This document shows positions 8,910-16,825 of a stretch of 25,613 bases of DNA, one piece after another. Made by a program: the position numbers and the translations under genes. Source of the stretch: Promethearchaeota archaeon (GTDB taxonomy: Archaea; Asgardarchaeota; Lokiarchaeia; Sigyniarchaeales; SOKP01); contig JAFGOA010000219.1 in the NCBI GenBank assembly GCA_016926735.1, positions 1-25,613 of the forward strand, given 5' to 3'. Every line of letters starts with the position of its first letter. Within the stretch, counting starts at the first letter, position 1. The notes beneath the pieces are model-generated. The model was not told the DNA's origin, did no database searches, and worked only from the letters and a program-made list of their open reading frames with translations.

Positions 8910-9734
8910 ATGCCAAAATCGAGAACACCATTTCCAAAAGAAGGAGAATTTATTGTTGCTAAAGTAACTGATATCGAAAATCAATATGTTTATGTGGAGC
9001 TATTGGATTATAAGGGGTTACCTTCTGAGCATTCTGCTAGAGGTATGGTTCATATATCAGAGATTTCAAGTAGATGGATTAAAAATATTCGCACACATCT
9101 TCGGGAGGGGCAGAGAATTGTACTAAGAGTAATAAGAGTAGATCCTGAAAAGGGACATGTCGATCTTTCTTACAGAAGAACAAATGATGCTCAAAGAAAG
9201 AATAAAATGAAGGAGTGGAAATATGCTGTGAAATTTGAAAATCTACTTCAATTTTTTGTTAATGAATATGAAAATTTATCCTTAGATGATGCTTATGAAA
9301 AAATTGGATTTCCAATATTAAAATTATTTGACGATAATTATCAAGATGTCGTTGAGGAGCTTAAAGAGAATGGTGAAGATCTCTTAAATAATATTGAAGG
9401 GATTACGGAAGAACAAAAAGCTTCTTTTCTGAAAATTGTTGATGAAAACGTTGAAATTTCTACAATAAATATATTAGGTAAAATAACATTAAAATTTAAT
9501 CAAAATAATGGAATTGATTTATTAAAAGAGACTTTATTAAAAGCTCAAAGTAGTATTAAAAACCCAAGACGCACTAGAAACTTAGAATTAACATATATTG
9601 CAGCTCCAAAATATCGATTAGAAATAATTGCGAAAGATTATTTAGACGCTGAAAATATTTTATCTGATGCCTTGGAAGTGTTCGAAGAAAATGCAAAGAA
9701 ATATAATGCGCTATATTCATTTGAAAGAGATTAA
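8910..9734 (+). CDS. eif2a: Translation initiation factor 2 subunit alpha (aIF2alpha)
   Basis: S1 domain FPKEGEFIVAKV...GMVHISEISSRWIKNIR...RVDPEKGHVDLSYRR and C-terminal YIAAPKYRL; followed by nop10 as usual in archaea. Confidence 0.95.
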   Translation: MPKSRTPFPKEGEFIVAKVTDIENQYVYVELLDYKGLPSEHSARGMVHISEISSRWIKNIRTHLREGQRIVLRVIRVDPEKGHVDLSYRRTNDAQRKNKMKEWKYAVKFENLLQFFVNEYENLSLDDAYEKIGFPILKLFDDNYQDVVEELKENGEDLLNNIEGITEEQKASFLKIVDENVEISTINILGKITLKFNQNNGIDLLKETLLKAQSSIKNPRRTRNLELTYIAAPKYRLEIIAKDYLDAENILSDALEVFEENAKKYNALYSFERD

Positions 9735-9789
9735 TTAAATATTATCAGAAAAAAAGAGATCTATAATAAACAGAAAATTTGAAAATTTT

Positions 9790-9981
9790 ATGACAAAATA
9801 TCTCAAAAAATGTAATAAATGCCAAAAATATGGGTTAGAAAATCCAGAATCAAAATGTCAATATTGTGGAGGAAAATTAATAAATCCAAATCCACCAAAG
9901 TATTCTCCAATAGATAAATATCAGAAATATAGATTAGATTTTTTTAAAACAGAATTTAAAAAGAAATTTATGTTAGATTAA
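9790..9981 (+). CDS. nop10: H/ACA RNP subunit Nop10
   Basis: CNKC...CQYCGG zinc ribbon followed by PPKYSPIDKYQKYR; directly downstream of aIF2alpha. Confidence 0.92.
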   Translation: MTKYLKKCNKCQKYGLENPESKCQYCGGKLINPNPPKYSPIDKYQKYRLDFFKTEFKKKFMLD

Positions 9982-10658
9982 TTTAATTCAATAAATTCAG
10001 CAACTTTTTCATTTACAAGGATTATAGCATTATCTTGAGGTAGATTAGCGATATCTTCTTTTATAAAAGGTCCATAATTTATAAGATCAATTCCTACCAA
10101 TGAAGGTGTTGTTTCTATAAATCTTATTATTCGATAAGTTATTTTATCAAATATATTTAAAGATTGTTTTTGATTTTGAAAATTTATTTCATTATCATTA
10201 GTTGAAATGCTTTGTTTGGTAATTTCAGAAAGCTTTGTTTCAGTTGAGATGTTATAGTTTGTTTTAATTTTTTCATACTCTTGAATATCTTCTCCTGATA
10301 TTGAAACAATTTTATCGTATCCTTTAAAAGAGGCAATTAGATTTTTATATAACAACTGCTCTGCTTCAAATAGATGGTTTAAATTAATCTCTTTGAGCAT
10401 AAGAGTGTTATTGATTATTTTAATCCTCCTTATTTTAAGAAGATCATCAAATAAAAAATTTATATTATTTTTAATTTGAAGATTTATTTCATTTATTATT
10501 TCATCATCATCTTTATATTTCTTTTCGAGAGCGTTTGCTTCTTTAAGTAATTCTTTATAATTTTTCAGATCCTCATCAGATAACGGAGTTACTTCAGCAG
10601 ATTCAAATTCTTTAACCCAATGTTTATAAAGTTCATTATAGCTAGAATCTTCGTTCAT
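9978..10658 (-). CDS. DNA replication complex GINS protein (Gins51/Gins15 type, A-B domain order)
   Basis: Helical A domain (LYKHWVKE...LLKIRRIKII...LFEAEQLLY) and C-terminal B domain IIRFIETTPSLVGIDLINYGPFIKEDIANLPQDNAIILV; downstream of priS. Confidence 0.9.
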   Translation of the reverse strand: MNEDSSYNELYKHWVKEFESAEVTPLSDEDLKNYKELLKEANALEKKYKDDDEIINEINLQIKNNINFLFDDLLKIRRIKIINNTLMLKEINLNHLFEAEQLLYKNLIASFKGYDKIVSISGEDIQEYEKIKTNYNISTETKLSEITKQSISTNDNEINFQNQKQSLNIFDKITYRIIRFIETTPSLVGIDLINYGPFIKEDIANLPQDNAIILVNEKVAEFIELN

Positions 10659-10750
10659 AGATAATGATATACAATTTTTTATTTTTTAATGATATAAGAC
10701 TATATAATCTTTCTTAGTAAAAAGAATTTCAGAATAATCCAAAAATATTT

Positions 10751-12025
10751 TTATTCTTCCAATATCGCAACATCTCTACTTAATAACAGGATCGCTATAT
10801 GATTTTCAATATCAATTATATCATCTTTAAAATAAGGACCATAAGTTTTATCTCTTATATAAAATTCGGGTATTTCTATAGACGATATCTTTATTTTTTG
10901 CTTATATTCATAACTTTCAAATACTATTGGATTAAGATGTTTTTTATTTTCATTTAATGGATTGAATTCATATAATTCTTCTAATGTTAGTGCTTGTACT
11001 TTAAATCCTGTTTTACCATGTAAAGATCCTGGATATCTAATCAATCTATGTATATCTATAGTTACTGGTTCATCTATTTCAACTCCAATTTCATGCACAA
11101 TACCCTTTAAAAATCTTTTCCATGTCGTTATACCAAATCCTTCGATATTCCATAAATTATAATCATTATTTTTGAGAATATTCAAAAAATAATCTTTTGA
11201 ATTTATGAAGCTTATAATTAGATTTTTACTTAATCCTATTTGTTCCAAAAATTTTGTAATTTCTTCATTCGTGTTATTTAACAGCATATTTTGAATCTTA
11301 TCGGTAATTTTTCTCGACCAGTCTTTATTATTATTTAGAAAACCAAAAATTTGTCCTGCATGCTCATCAAATCCAAGAATTTGAAAATTAATATTCCTAC
11401 CAGTAAAATAATCTACAAGTTCTCTTCTATCTTCGCTTGTTAATTGTCTTATTTTATCATTCTCAATCTTTAAATGGTATCCTCTATGTCCTGAAAAAGC
11501 AATTTGCATTTCATTAGCTTGTATATCAAAATCGGGTACTAAAAAATTATCAATAAGATTCAAAATCTCTTTTTTTGAAATATCTAAACATATTTCACAA
11601 AACCATGAAAATTTTTTAATTTTAAGACTCCCACATTTTGTACATTTTTCTATCATTCCCTTTCCAGAATGATTACATTCTTGACAGTACCAAAAATCAT
11701 GTTTGTCCTTACAAGGAGTATAAAAATGATCAACATCAATATCTATAATTAAATCGCAACCAACATAATCTTTATATTCCATTTCTTGATTATTCGGAAG
11801 ATTATATAAAGATCCACTTGAATACATATGTCTAGGTGGATTATTTACTGTATATTCTCTAAGGAGATTAATATCAGAGAATCCCATATGTCTTATCATT
11901 ATTTTTTTATCCCAAGGAATGAAACCAAATTCTCTTTTTTTTAAAGAGCTAACTGGAATTATTTCATCTTTTCTCTCGCGGTAATAAGATTGAAAAACAC
12001 GTTTTAAGTAGGTTGAATTAGTCAT
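10751..12025 (-). CDS. priS: DNA primase catalytic (small) subunit
   Basis: REFGF, DLIIDIDVDH (DxD), FSGHRGYH, IDEPVTIDIHRLIRYPGSLHGKTG motifs. Confidence 0.96.
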   Translation of the reverse strand: MTNSTYLKRVFQSYYRERKDEIIPVSSLKKREFGFIPWDKKIMIRHMGFSDINLLREYTVNNPPRHMYSSGSLYNLPNNQEMEYKDYVGCDLIIDIDVDHFYTPCKDKHDFWYCQECNHSGKGMIEKCTKCGSLKIKKFSWFCEICLDISKKEILNLIDNFLVPDFDIQANEMQIAFSGHRGYHLKIENDKIRQLTSEDRRELVDYFTGRNINFQILGFDEHAGQIFGFLNNNKDWSRKITDKIQNMLLNNTNEEITKFLEQIGLSKNLIISFINSKDYFLNILKNNDYNLWNIEGFGITTWKRFLKGIVHEIGVEIDEPVTIDIHRLIRYPGSLHGKTGFKVQALTLEELYEFNPLNENKKHLNPIVFESYEYKQKIKISSIEIPEFYIRDKTYGPYFKDDIIDIENHIAILLLSRDVAILEE

Positions 12026-13211
12026 TTTGCCCCTTTGATAATTTATATTGTTTTAATTGAGTATAAAATAGGGGATGCTTTATTTTTTGTTCTTGCTCTT
12101 TTTTTTTTGAAAAATAACCTTCGATGCATAATTTATCTTTATATTTGGTTGCCATACATAAATTTAAAGATTTTAATGTATCGCAAGAATGAGGACTATA
12201 TTCTTTCTTTTTAGCAAATTCTACTTGATACTGAGCAATTTGTTTGTTGAAATCAGGAGTTGCAGAGAAAATTTCTATTATATTATCTACAGGATAGTCC
12301 AGAGCAAGTAAAAAAAAAGTTAAGAATAATCGTGATATATGCGGAATATTTTGACCTTCTTTAATGAGGATTAATGTTTCTTTTACACAAGGAGGAAACA
12401 ACTCCATTAAATTTTTATCCTTTTCAAACCTCACTTGAATTGAATATTCAAAATCTTCTTTTTTTAACTCCCATAAACTATAAATATTATCATAGAGACT
12501 TTTAAAATTTTGATTGTTAAACAGAGATTTTCTCATATTTTCAATATTATCTTTATCAATTTGATTAATTTCCAGTATTTTTTTCCGAACATATTCTTGT
12601 ATTAATCTTGTTAGTTCTTTTGGGATTATATAAACATATCCTTTACTGAGAGTGTTATTTACCAGTTTCCGATAATCATCTTTTAAATTAGAAGATAAAT
12701 GTAAGAAATCCGTAAAATATAATTTAAAATTTGTTTTGAGTTCTTTTTTGTTATCTCTTATTAAAGTGGTATGATAAGTTTCTTCTTCAATGTATTGAAT
12801 ATTTAATCCTAAATTGATACAAATTTGATATAATATAAAAATACCATTTCTTCTATTGTTTCCCTCAAGTTCTTTTTTTATTTCACTATAAGTAACTTTA
12901 CTATAAAGATTAGCAATTCTATTTGTAATTCTCTTATTGTTTAGAACAAAAAGTATTATTTTTAATAAAAGATAAAATGAAATATTATTCTCATCAGGTT
13001 TGAAAGGAGGAAATATTTCTAAATTTTCAAAAGCTACACTAAAAAATTTTGATATTCTCTCTATTATAGGATCATATTGTTCATTATCAAAAATATCATT
13101 TATAAATTGAATAGGATCTTTTAGAGCAATATCACGATAAATATCCTTTAATGATGGAAGCCATGGATATTGTTGTAATAATTGTGAAAGATTGGAAGAA
13201 TTGTTACTCAT
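12018..13211 (-). CDS. priL: DNA primase large (Fe-S) subunit
   Basis: YPWL, LVNNTLSKGYVY, FPPC, PHISRL, FSATPDFN..IAQYQVE, PHSC..LKSLNLC...LC...IKHPL with four candidate Fe-S cysteines; overlaps priS by 8 bp; start placed at the ATG at 13211 (MSNNSS). Confidence 0.93.
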   Translation of the reverse strand: MSNNSSNLSQLLQQYPWLPSLKDIYRDIALKDPIQFINDIFDNEQYDPIIERISKFFSVAFENLEIFPPFKPDENNISFYLLLKIILFVLNNKRITNRIANLYSKVTYSEIKKELEGNNRRNGIFILYQICINLGLNIQYIEEETYHTTLIRDNKKELKTNFKLYFTDFLHLSSNLKDDYRKLVNNTLSKGYVYIIPKELTRLIQEYVRKKILEINQIDKDNIENMRKSLFNNQNFKSLYDNIYSLWELKKEDFEYSIQVRFEKDKNLMELFPPCVKETLILIKEGQNIPHISRLFLTFFLLALDYPVDNIIEIFSATPDFNKQIAQYQVEFAKKKEYSPHSCDTLKSLNLCMATKYKDKLCIEGYFSKKKEQEQKIKHPLFYTQLKQYKLSKGQND

Positions 13212-13595
13212 TTTGCAATCCCTTTTTTTGAATAAGAGGTGTTCCTTTAAATATATATCAACAATAAATATAAAAAATAAACCAAGACCCAAATTTATTT
13301 TTTTAATAATAATTATTTTATTGTGAAGATGAATTTTGCAAAATACTATTTTTTAAACTTTAAAAGAATATCTATCTTTTCATTAATAAATGAATCTGAA
13401 GCAGAATTCTCTTAAATATAACTAAATTTTTCTAAGTATCTTAGTAAAATGGAAATTTTATTTACTTAATATCAATAATTTCATTTTAAAGAATAATTAT
13501 AGATATAAGATTAATAGAAATAAATTTTATATATAGTTTTGGTGTAATTGTATGTTCTTATTTGACTTTTCTTATATTTAAATTGATTGGAATCA

Positions 13596-14306
13596 TTAGT
13601 AAAACATATTATATAATCTTTTATATATATTAGCTAATTGAGAGATTTTATAGCCATCGTTATATTGAAGATAGTAGGCAATATAAGTTGAAAGTCCTTG
13701 AGGATCATTTAACCATTGTAAAAAGCTTTCTACTTCCATTTTAAGAATAGGATTTATTTGTACACTTTGCTGTAAAAGTACTGTTGTTGCACTGTTCATG
13801 GATTGAGCAATGGTATTCATATTTGATGATGTTTCTATCTTATGATCTTTATGTTTGCTTTTCTTCTTATCCTTTGGTTTTGGTGGAGCTTTAGTTTTTT
13901 TTGATACTTTAACCCCTATTTGTAATCCTGTTTCCATCATAGCCGCTGCTCTCGCAACTGCAGGATATGCTTCATGAAACCAGCCTTTAGCTTTAGGATT
14001 TATATGAGCTACCATGTATTTATCACCACTTGGAGTAGTAGCTCCAACTAAATGTCCTTTTTTCTTTCTGTTTGTTCCTACAAAACGTTCAGGTTCCATT
14101 TGTAGAATGGAATATCTAATACCTCCTAATGTGACAGATTGTGCAGTTCCACTAGCCCAATTTGCGAGAAGTGTTTTTATTTCACCATTTATACTCCATT
14201 TTCCAATAGAAAATAGGTTTTTACCAGATCTATTGATAATAGCAATATCGGTAGCATCTGGGTAATTTTTTTGTAAAAATTTTGTTGCGTCTTTATAATT
14301 AACCAA
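13596..14306 (-). CDS. Asgard-type profilin domain with Lys-rich linker and C-terminal helical extension
   Basis: Residues 1 to about 125 carry IAIINRSG, KWSI, SVTLGGIRYSILQMEPERFVGTNRKKKGHLVG, VAHINPKA, matching the Asgard profilin pattern as I recall it (AII..DG..W.I; GxKY...ER..GTN..GKGH; Y.NP.A). TTG start preceded by GGAGGTG. Confidence 0.8.
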   Translation of the reverse strand: MVNYKDATKFLQKNYPDATDIAIINRSGKNLFSIGKWSINGEIKTLLANWASGTAQSVTLGGIRYSILQMEPERFVGTNRKKKGHLVGATTPSGDKYMVAHINPKAKGWFHEAYPAVARAAAMMETGLQIGVKVSKKTKAPPKPKDKKKSKHKDHKIETSSNMNTIAQSMNSATTVLLQQSVQINPILKMEVESFLQWLNDPQGLSTYIAYYLQYNDGYKISQLANIYKRLYNMFY

Positions 14307-14311
14307 TTCTA

Positions 14312-14318
14312 CACCTCC
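14312..14318 (-). promoter_or_regulatory. Shine-Dalgarno site of the profilin-like gene
   Basis: GGAGGTG 5 nt upstream of the TTG at 14306, inside the 42-bp gap after the upstream gene. Confidence 0.75.
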
Positions 14319-14348
14319 TTTTTTTTATTTTTTTGTATAATTAGATAA

Positions 14349-15743
14349 TTAAGGATTTAACCTTATCATATTTTTATTAGCATTATTTATCCAAGACTCT
14401 ACTTTCTCAAGTAACTCATATCTGTCTTTTTGACTTAAGCTTAAATTTGGGTTTTTCTTTTTATAAATATTTGCTAATTTACTCATTTCCCACATATAAT
14501 CTAAATGTAATACTAATTTTCGTAGATTATCTCTCGCAATTTCAATAGCTGATCCTATTGTTGGCATATCATAATTATCATTAATAATTGATCGAAGATA
14601 AAAAAGTATGTCTTTAATACTATTTGTTGGCATTTGAGGTAAAGATCTACTTTTAACAAATTCACTTCTCATTGTTTTTAAAACAAAGTCATCATTTTTT
14701 GGGGTATTATACCCCTCAATATTATAGATATTAGAGCGTGAATTATCTATTACTTGTTGATTATTATTATTATTATTTGTATCTGTGGAAATAATTTCTG
14801 GTTTATCTCTCCTTCTAATTCCCGTTGGCCAAGGTGATACTTCATTTAATCTACTCTCAGCAGAAATGAATAATGAATTCTTTAGATTTATATTTTTATC
14901 ACTCTTTTTCTTATCTATTATTAATTTTCCTGGGCCCTTTAAGTATTGAGCTGTCTTTTCCAATATAGAAGATAAATACATAGGATCATAATCAATAATA
15001 GAATAGACATTTTTCAATTGAAAAATCATCTTATCAATATCAGACATTTTTGAACTTGAAAATAGTTCTGAAAGAAAATCATCAACCCCAATAATGATTT
15101 CATTGATACCTGCTGTTGGGTTTATATATTTGGCATAATTTCCTTTTGATGATATTAAAATCTTATTATAATAATCCCAATGAGTACTCAGAATCATATG
15201 TCCATTATTTTTGATATCATATGTGTCAGGTTTTTTAATTGTGCTCATCATTTCCAAGATACTCTCTTTATATGGAATGAATAAATTTCTCATTAAAGCT
15301 CCTTTAATAAAAGTCTGTTTATTATTAGATTTAAATGATAAGTCTATAGGCACTTTTACAACCCTCTCACTATATATAACATCTTCATCATCTTGTAATG
15401 TAATTCTTTTTGAACTAGCGAGATGATCATATACAAAATCAGATAATATTAACCCGCTGAGTTGTCTACTATCGATTATATATCTACCTGATTTTAATTC
15501 AAATTTAGTAAAATAATATCCTAGACCAAATAAACAATGAATTATTCCCTTGTCAGTTACAATACTAGATTCTGTTCCTCCAAAAAAGATAACAATATCA
15601 GTTAAGATTTTTGTAATATCTTGATTTGCATACGTGCCTAATGTAGGAAACCCTAAAACTTTACTCCAACTGGGTATAACAAATAACATATTATTATTTA
15701 TTAGTGGAGCTTTTCTATTTTTATTAATTAAGCTAGAAGTCAT
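14349..15743 (-). CDS. Hypothetical protein, 464 aa: globular N-terminal region, low-complexity Asn-rich linker, helical C-terminal domain
   Basis: Long ORF in AT-rich DNA; ATG at 15743 with GAGGA at 15751..15755; (AAT)6 poly-Asn at 14760..14777; no family recognised. Confidence 0.8.
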   Translation of the reverse strand: MTSSLINKNRKAPLINNNMLFVIPSWSKVLGFPTLGTYANQDITKILTDIVIFFGGTESSIVTDKGIIHCLFGLGYYFTKFELKSGRYIIDSRQLSGLILSDFVYDHLASSKRITLQDDEDVIYSERVVKVPIDLSFKSNNKQTFIKGALMRNLFIPYKESILEMMSTIKKPDTYDIKNNGHMILSTHWDYYNKILISSKGNYAKYINPTAGINEIIIGVDDFLSELFSSSKMSDIDKMIFQLKNVYSIIDYDPMYLSSILEKTAQYLKGPGKLIIDKKKSDKNINLKNSLFISAESRLNEVSPWPTGIRRRDKPEIISTDTNNNNNNQQVIDNSRSNIYNIEGYNTPKNDDFVLKTMRSEFVKSRSLPQMPTNSIKDILFYLRSIINDNYDMPTIGSAIEIARDNLRKLVLHLDYMWEMSKLANIYKKKNPNLSLSQKDRYELLEKVESWINNANKNMIRLNP

Positions 15744-15862
15744 TTTGAAATCCTCGTAAAATAATTCTACGTAAGACTGAAAAAGTATTTCTTTTTTAAA
15801 AAAGTTTAAATATGTTAGTGTGAGATGTATGTTCTTCCTCATATATAAATTTTTTTTTTTCC

Positions 15863-15935
15863 TTTGAGAAAATAGAAATAGGATTTTAGAGTATATTGAG
15901 AACTCTTGATACAGATATAATCTTATTTTCTCAAA
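15863..15935. repeat. 73-bp element bounded by a perfect 12-bp inverted repeat, with nested inner stems
   Basis: TTTGAGAAAATA (15863..15874) and TATTTTCTCAAA (15924..15935); inner GGATT/AATCT and AGAGT/ACTCT pairs. Confidence 0.55.
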
Positions 15936-16031
15936 AAATATGAAAAAGTTGTTATTTGTTATCCTTTAGCTATAAAGACTTCATTAATATAAGTTTTATT
16001 AGTTTTTATTAAATATTATATGATAGTAACA

Positions 16032-16082
16032 TTTAAATATGTAAATGACTTATAATAAATTAGTGATTGTAAATCACTAATT
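16032..16082 (+). promoter_or_regulatory. hsp20 promoter: TATA box plus palindromic operator
   Basis: TTTAAATA at 16032..16039; AATTAGTGATT-GTA-AATCACTAATT at 16058..16082 covers the expected start site; SD GAGGTG at 16106..16111. Confidence 0.65.
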
Positions 16083-16117
16083 GACATAAATAAAAAAAAA
16101 CAACAGAGGTGTTTTTA

Positions 16118-16687
16118 TTGTCAGAAGATAAAAAAATAGAGATTAAAAAAGAAAATATTAAGGAAAAAACTCCAGAAGGCAATAAAAAAGCCAGAGAATT
16201 AGTTGTTAGAAGAGAAAATCCATTTTCTCTTTTTCAAGAAATGGATAGATTATTTGATGATTTAAATAGTCGATTCTTTGACGATTTTTATTGGCCTTTT
16301 AATAGACGAAGAAGACCCTTAACTCTTGAAATAATGAGAAATGAACCATTATTCAGAACACCACTAGCAAATATAAGTGAAGAAAAAGATTTCTTTAATA
16401 TTACAGCCGAACTTCCAGGATTAGATAAAGCAGATATTGATATCACCATTCAAGATGATCATCTTGAAATTAAGGGAGAGTTAAAGGAAGAAAAGAAAGA
16501 AGAGGATAAAGATGGATCTTTGATAAGAAGAGAATATAAATCTTCAAGCTATTATAGATGTTTTAATTTACCGGAAAACATAGATAAAGATAAGATTGAT
16601 GCAAGTCTCGAAAAGGGGTTGTTAAAAATAAAGATTCCAAAGGTAGAACCTAAGAAACCGGAAAAGAAAAAGATTGATGTTAAATAG
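16118..16687 (+). CDS. hsp20: Small heat shock protein (Hsp20/alpha-crystallin family)
   Basis: PFSLFQEMDRLFDD, ITAELPGLDKADIDI, LEIKGE, RRE...SYYRCFNLPENID...ASLEKGLLKIKIPK, C-terminal IDV (IxI/V motif). TTG at 16118 chosen because the GTG at 16109 lies within the SD. Confidence 0.96.
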   Translation: MSEDKKIEIKKENIKEKTPEGNKKARELVVRRENPFSLFQEMDRLFDDLNSRFFDDFYWPFNRRRRPLTLEIMRNEPLFRTPLANISEEKDFFNITAELPGLDKADIDITIQDDHLEIKGELKEEKKEEDKDGSLIRREYKSSSYYRCFNLPENIDKDKIDASLEKGLLKIKIPKVEPKKPEKKKIDVK

Positions 16688-16704
16688 TTATTTTGTCATC
16701 TAAT

Positions 16705-16751
16705 CTTTTTATCTTAGTTTATTTTTTTCTTTTTTATTCTATTTTTTTTTT
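16705..16751 (+). terminator. U-rich terminator region after hsp20
   Basis: Multiple T5-T10 runs shortly after the stop codon. Confidence 0.5.
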
Positions 16752-16825
16752 ATAGATAATTTAAAAGTAATTCTTGTCGATCATCAAAATTATAAAAAAA
16801 TGTTCTTTTATTATAGTGTAAAATT

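Noticed and set aside
13333-13365. Palindromes ATTTTGCAAAAT and TTTTAAA-C-TTTAAAA upstream of priL
   Set aside because: Nearly all A/T and expected by chance in this composition; no second occurrence noticed.
16058-16082. Canonical CIRCE element
   Set aside because: Arms and spacer differ from TTAGCACTC-N9-GAGTGCTAA; only the terminal TTAG/CTAA match.
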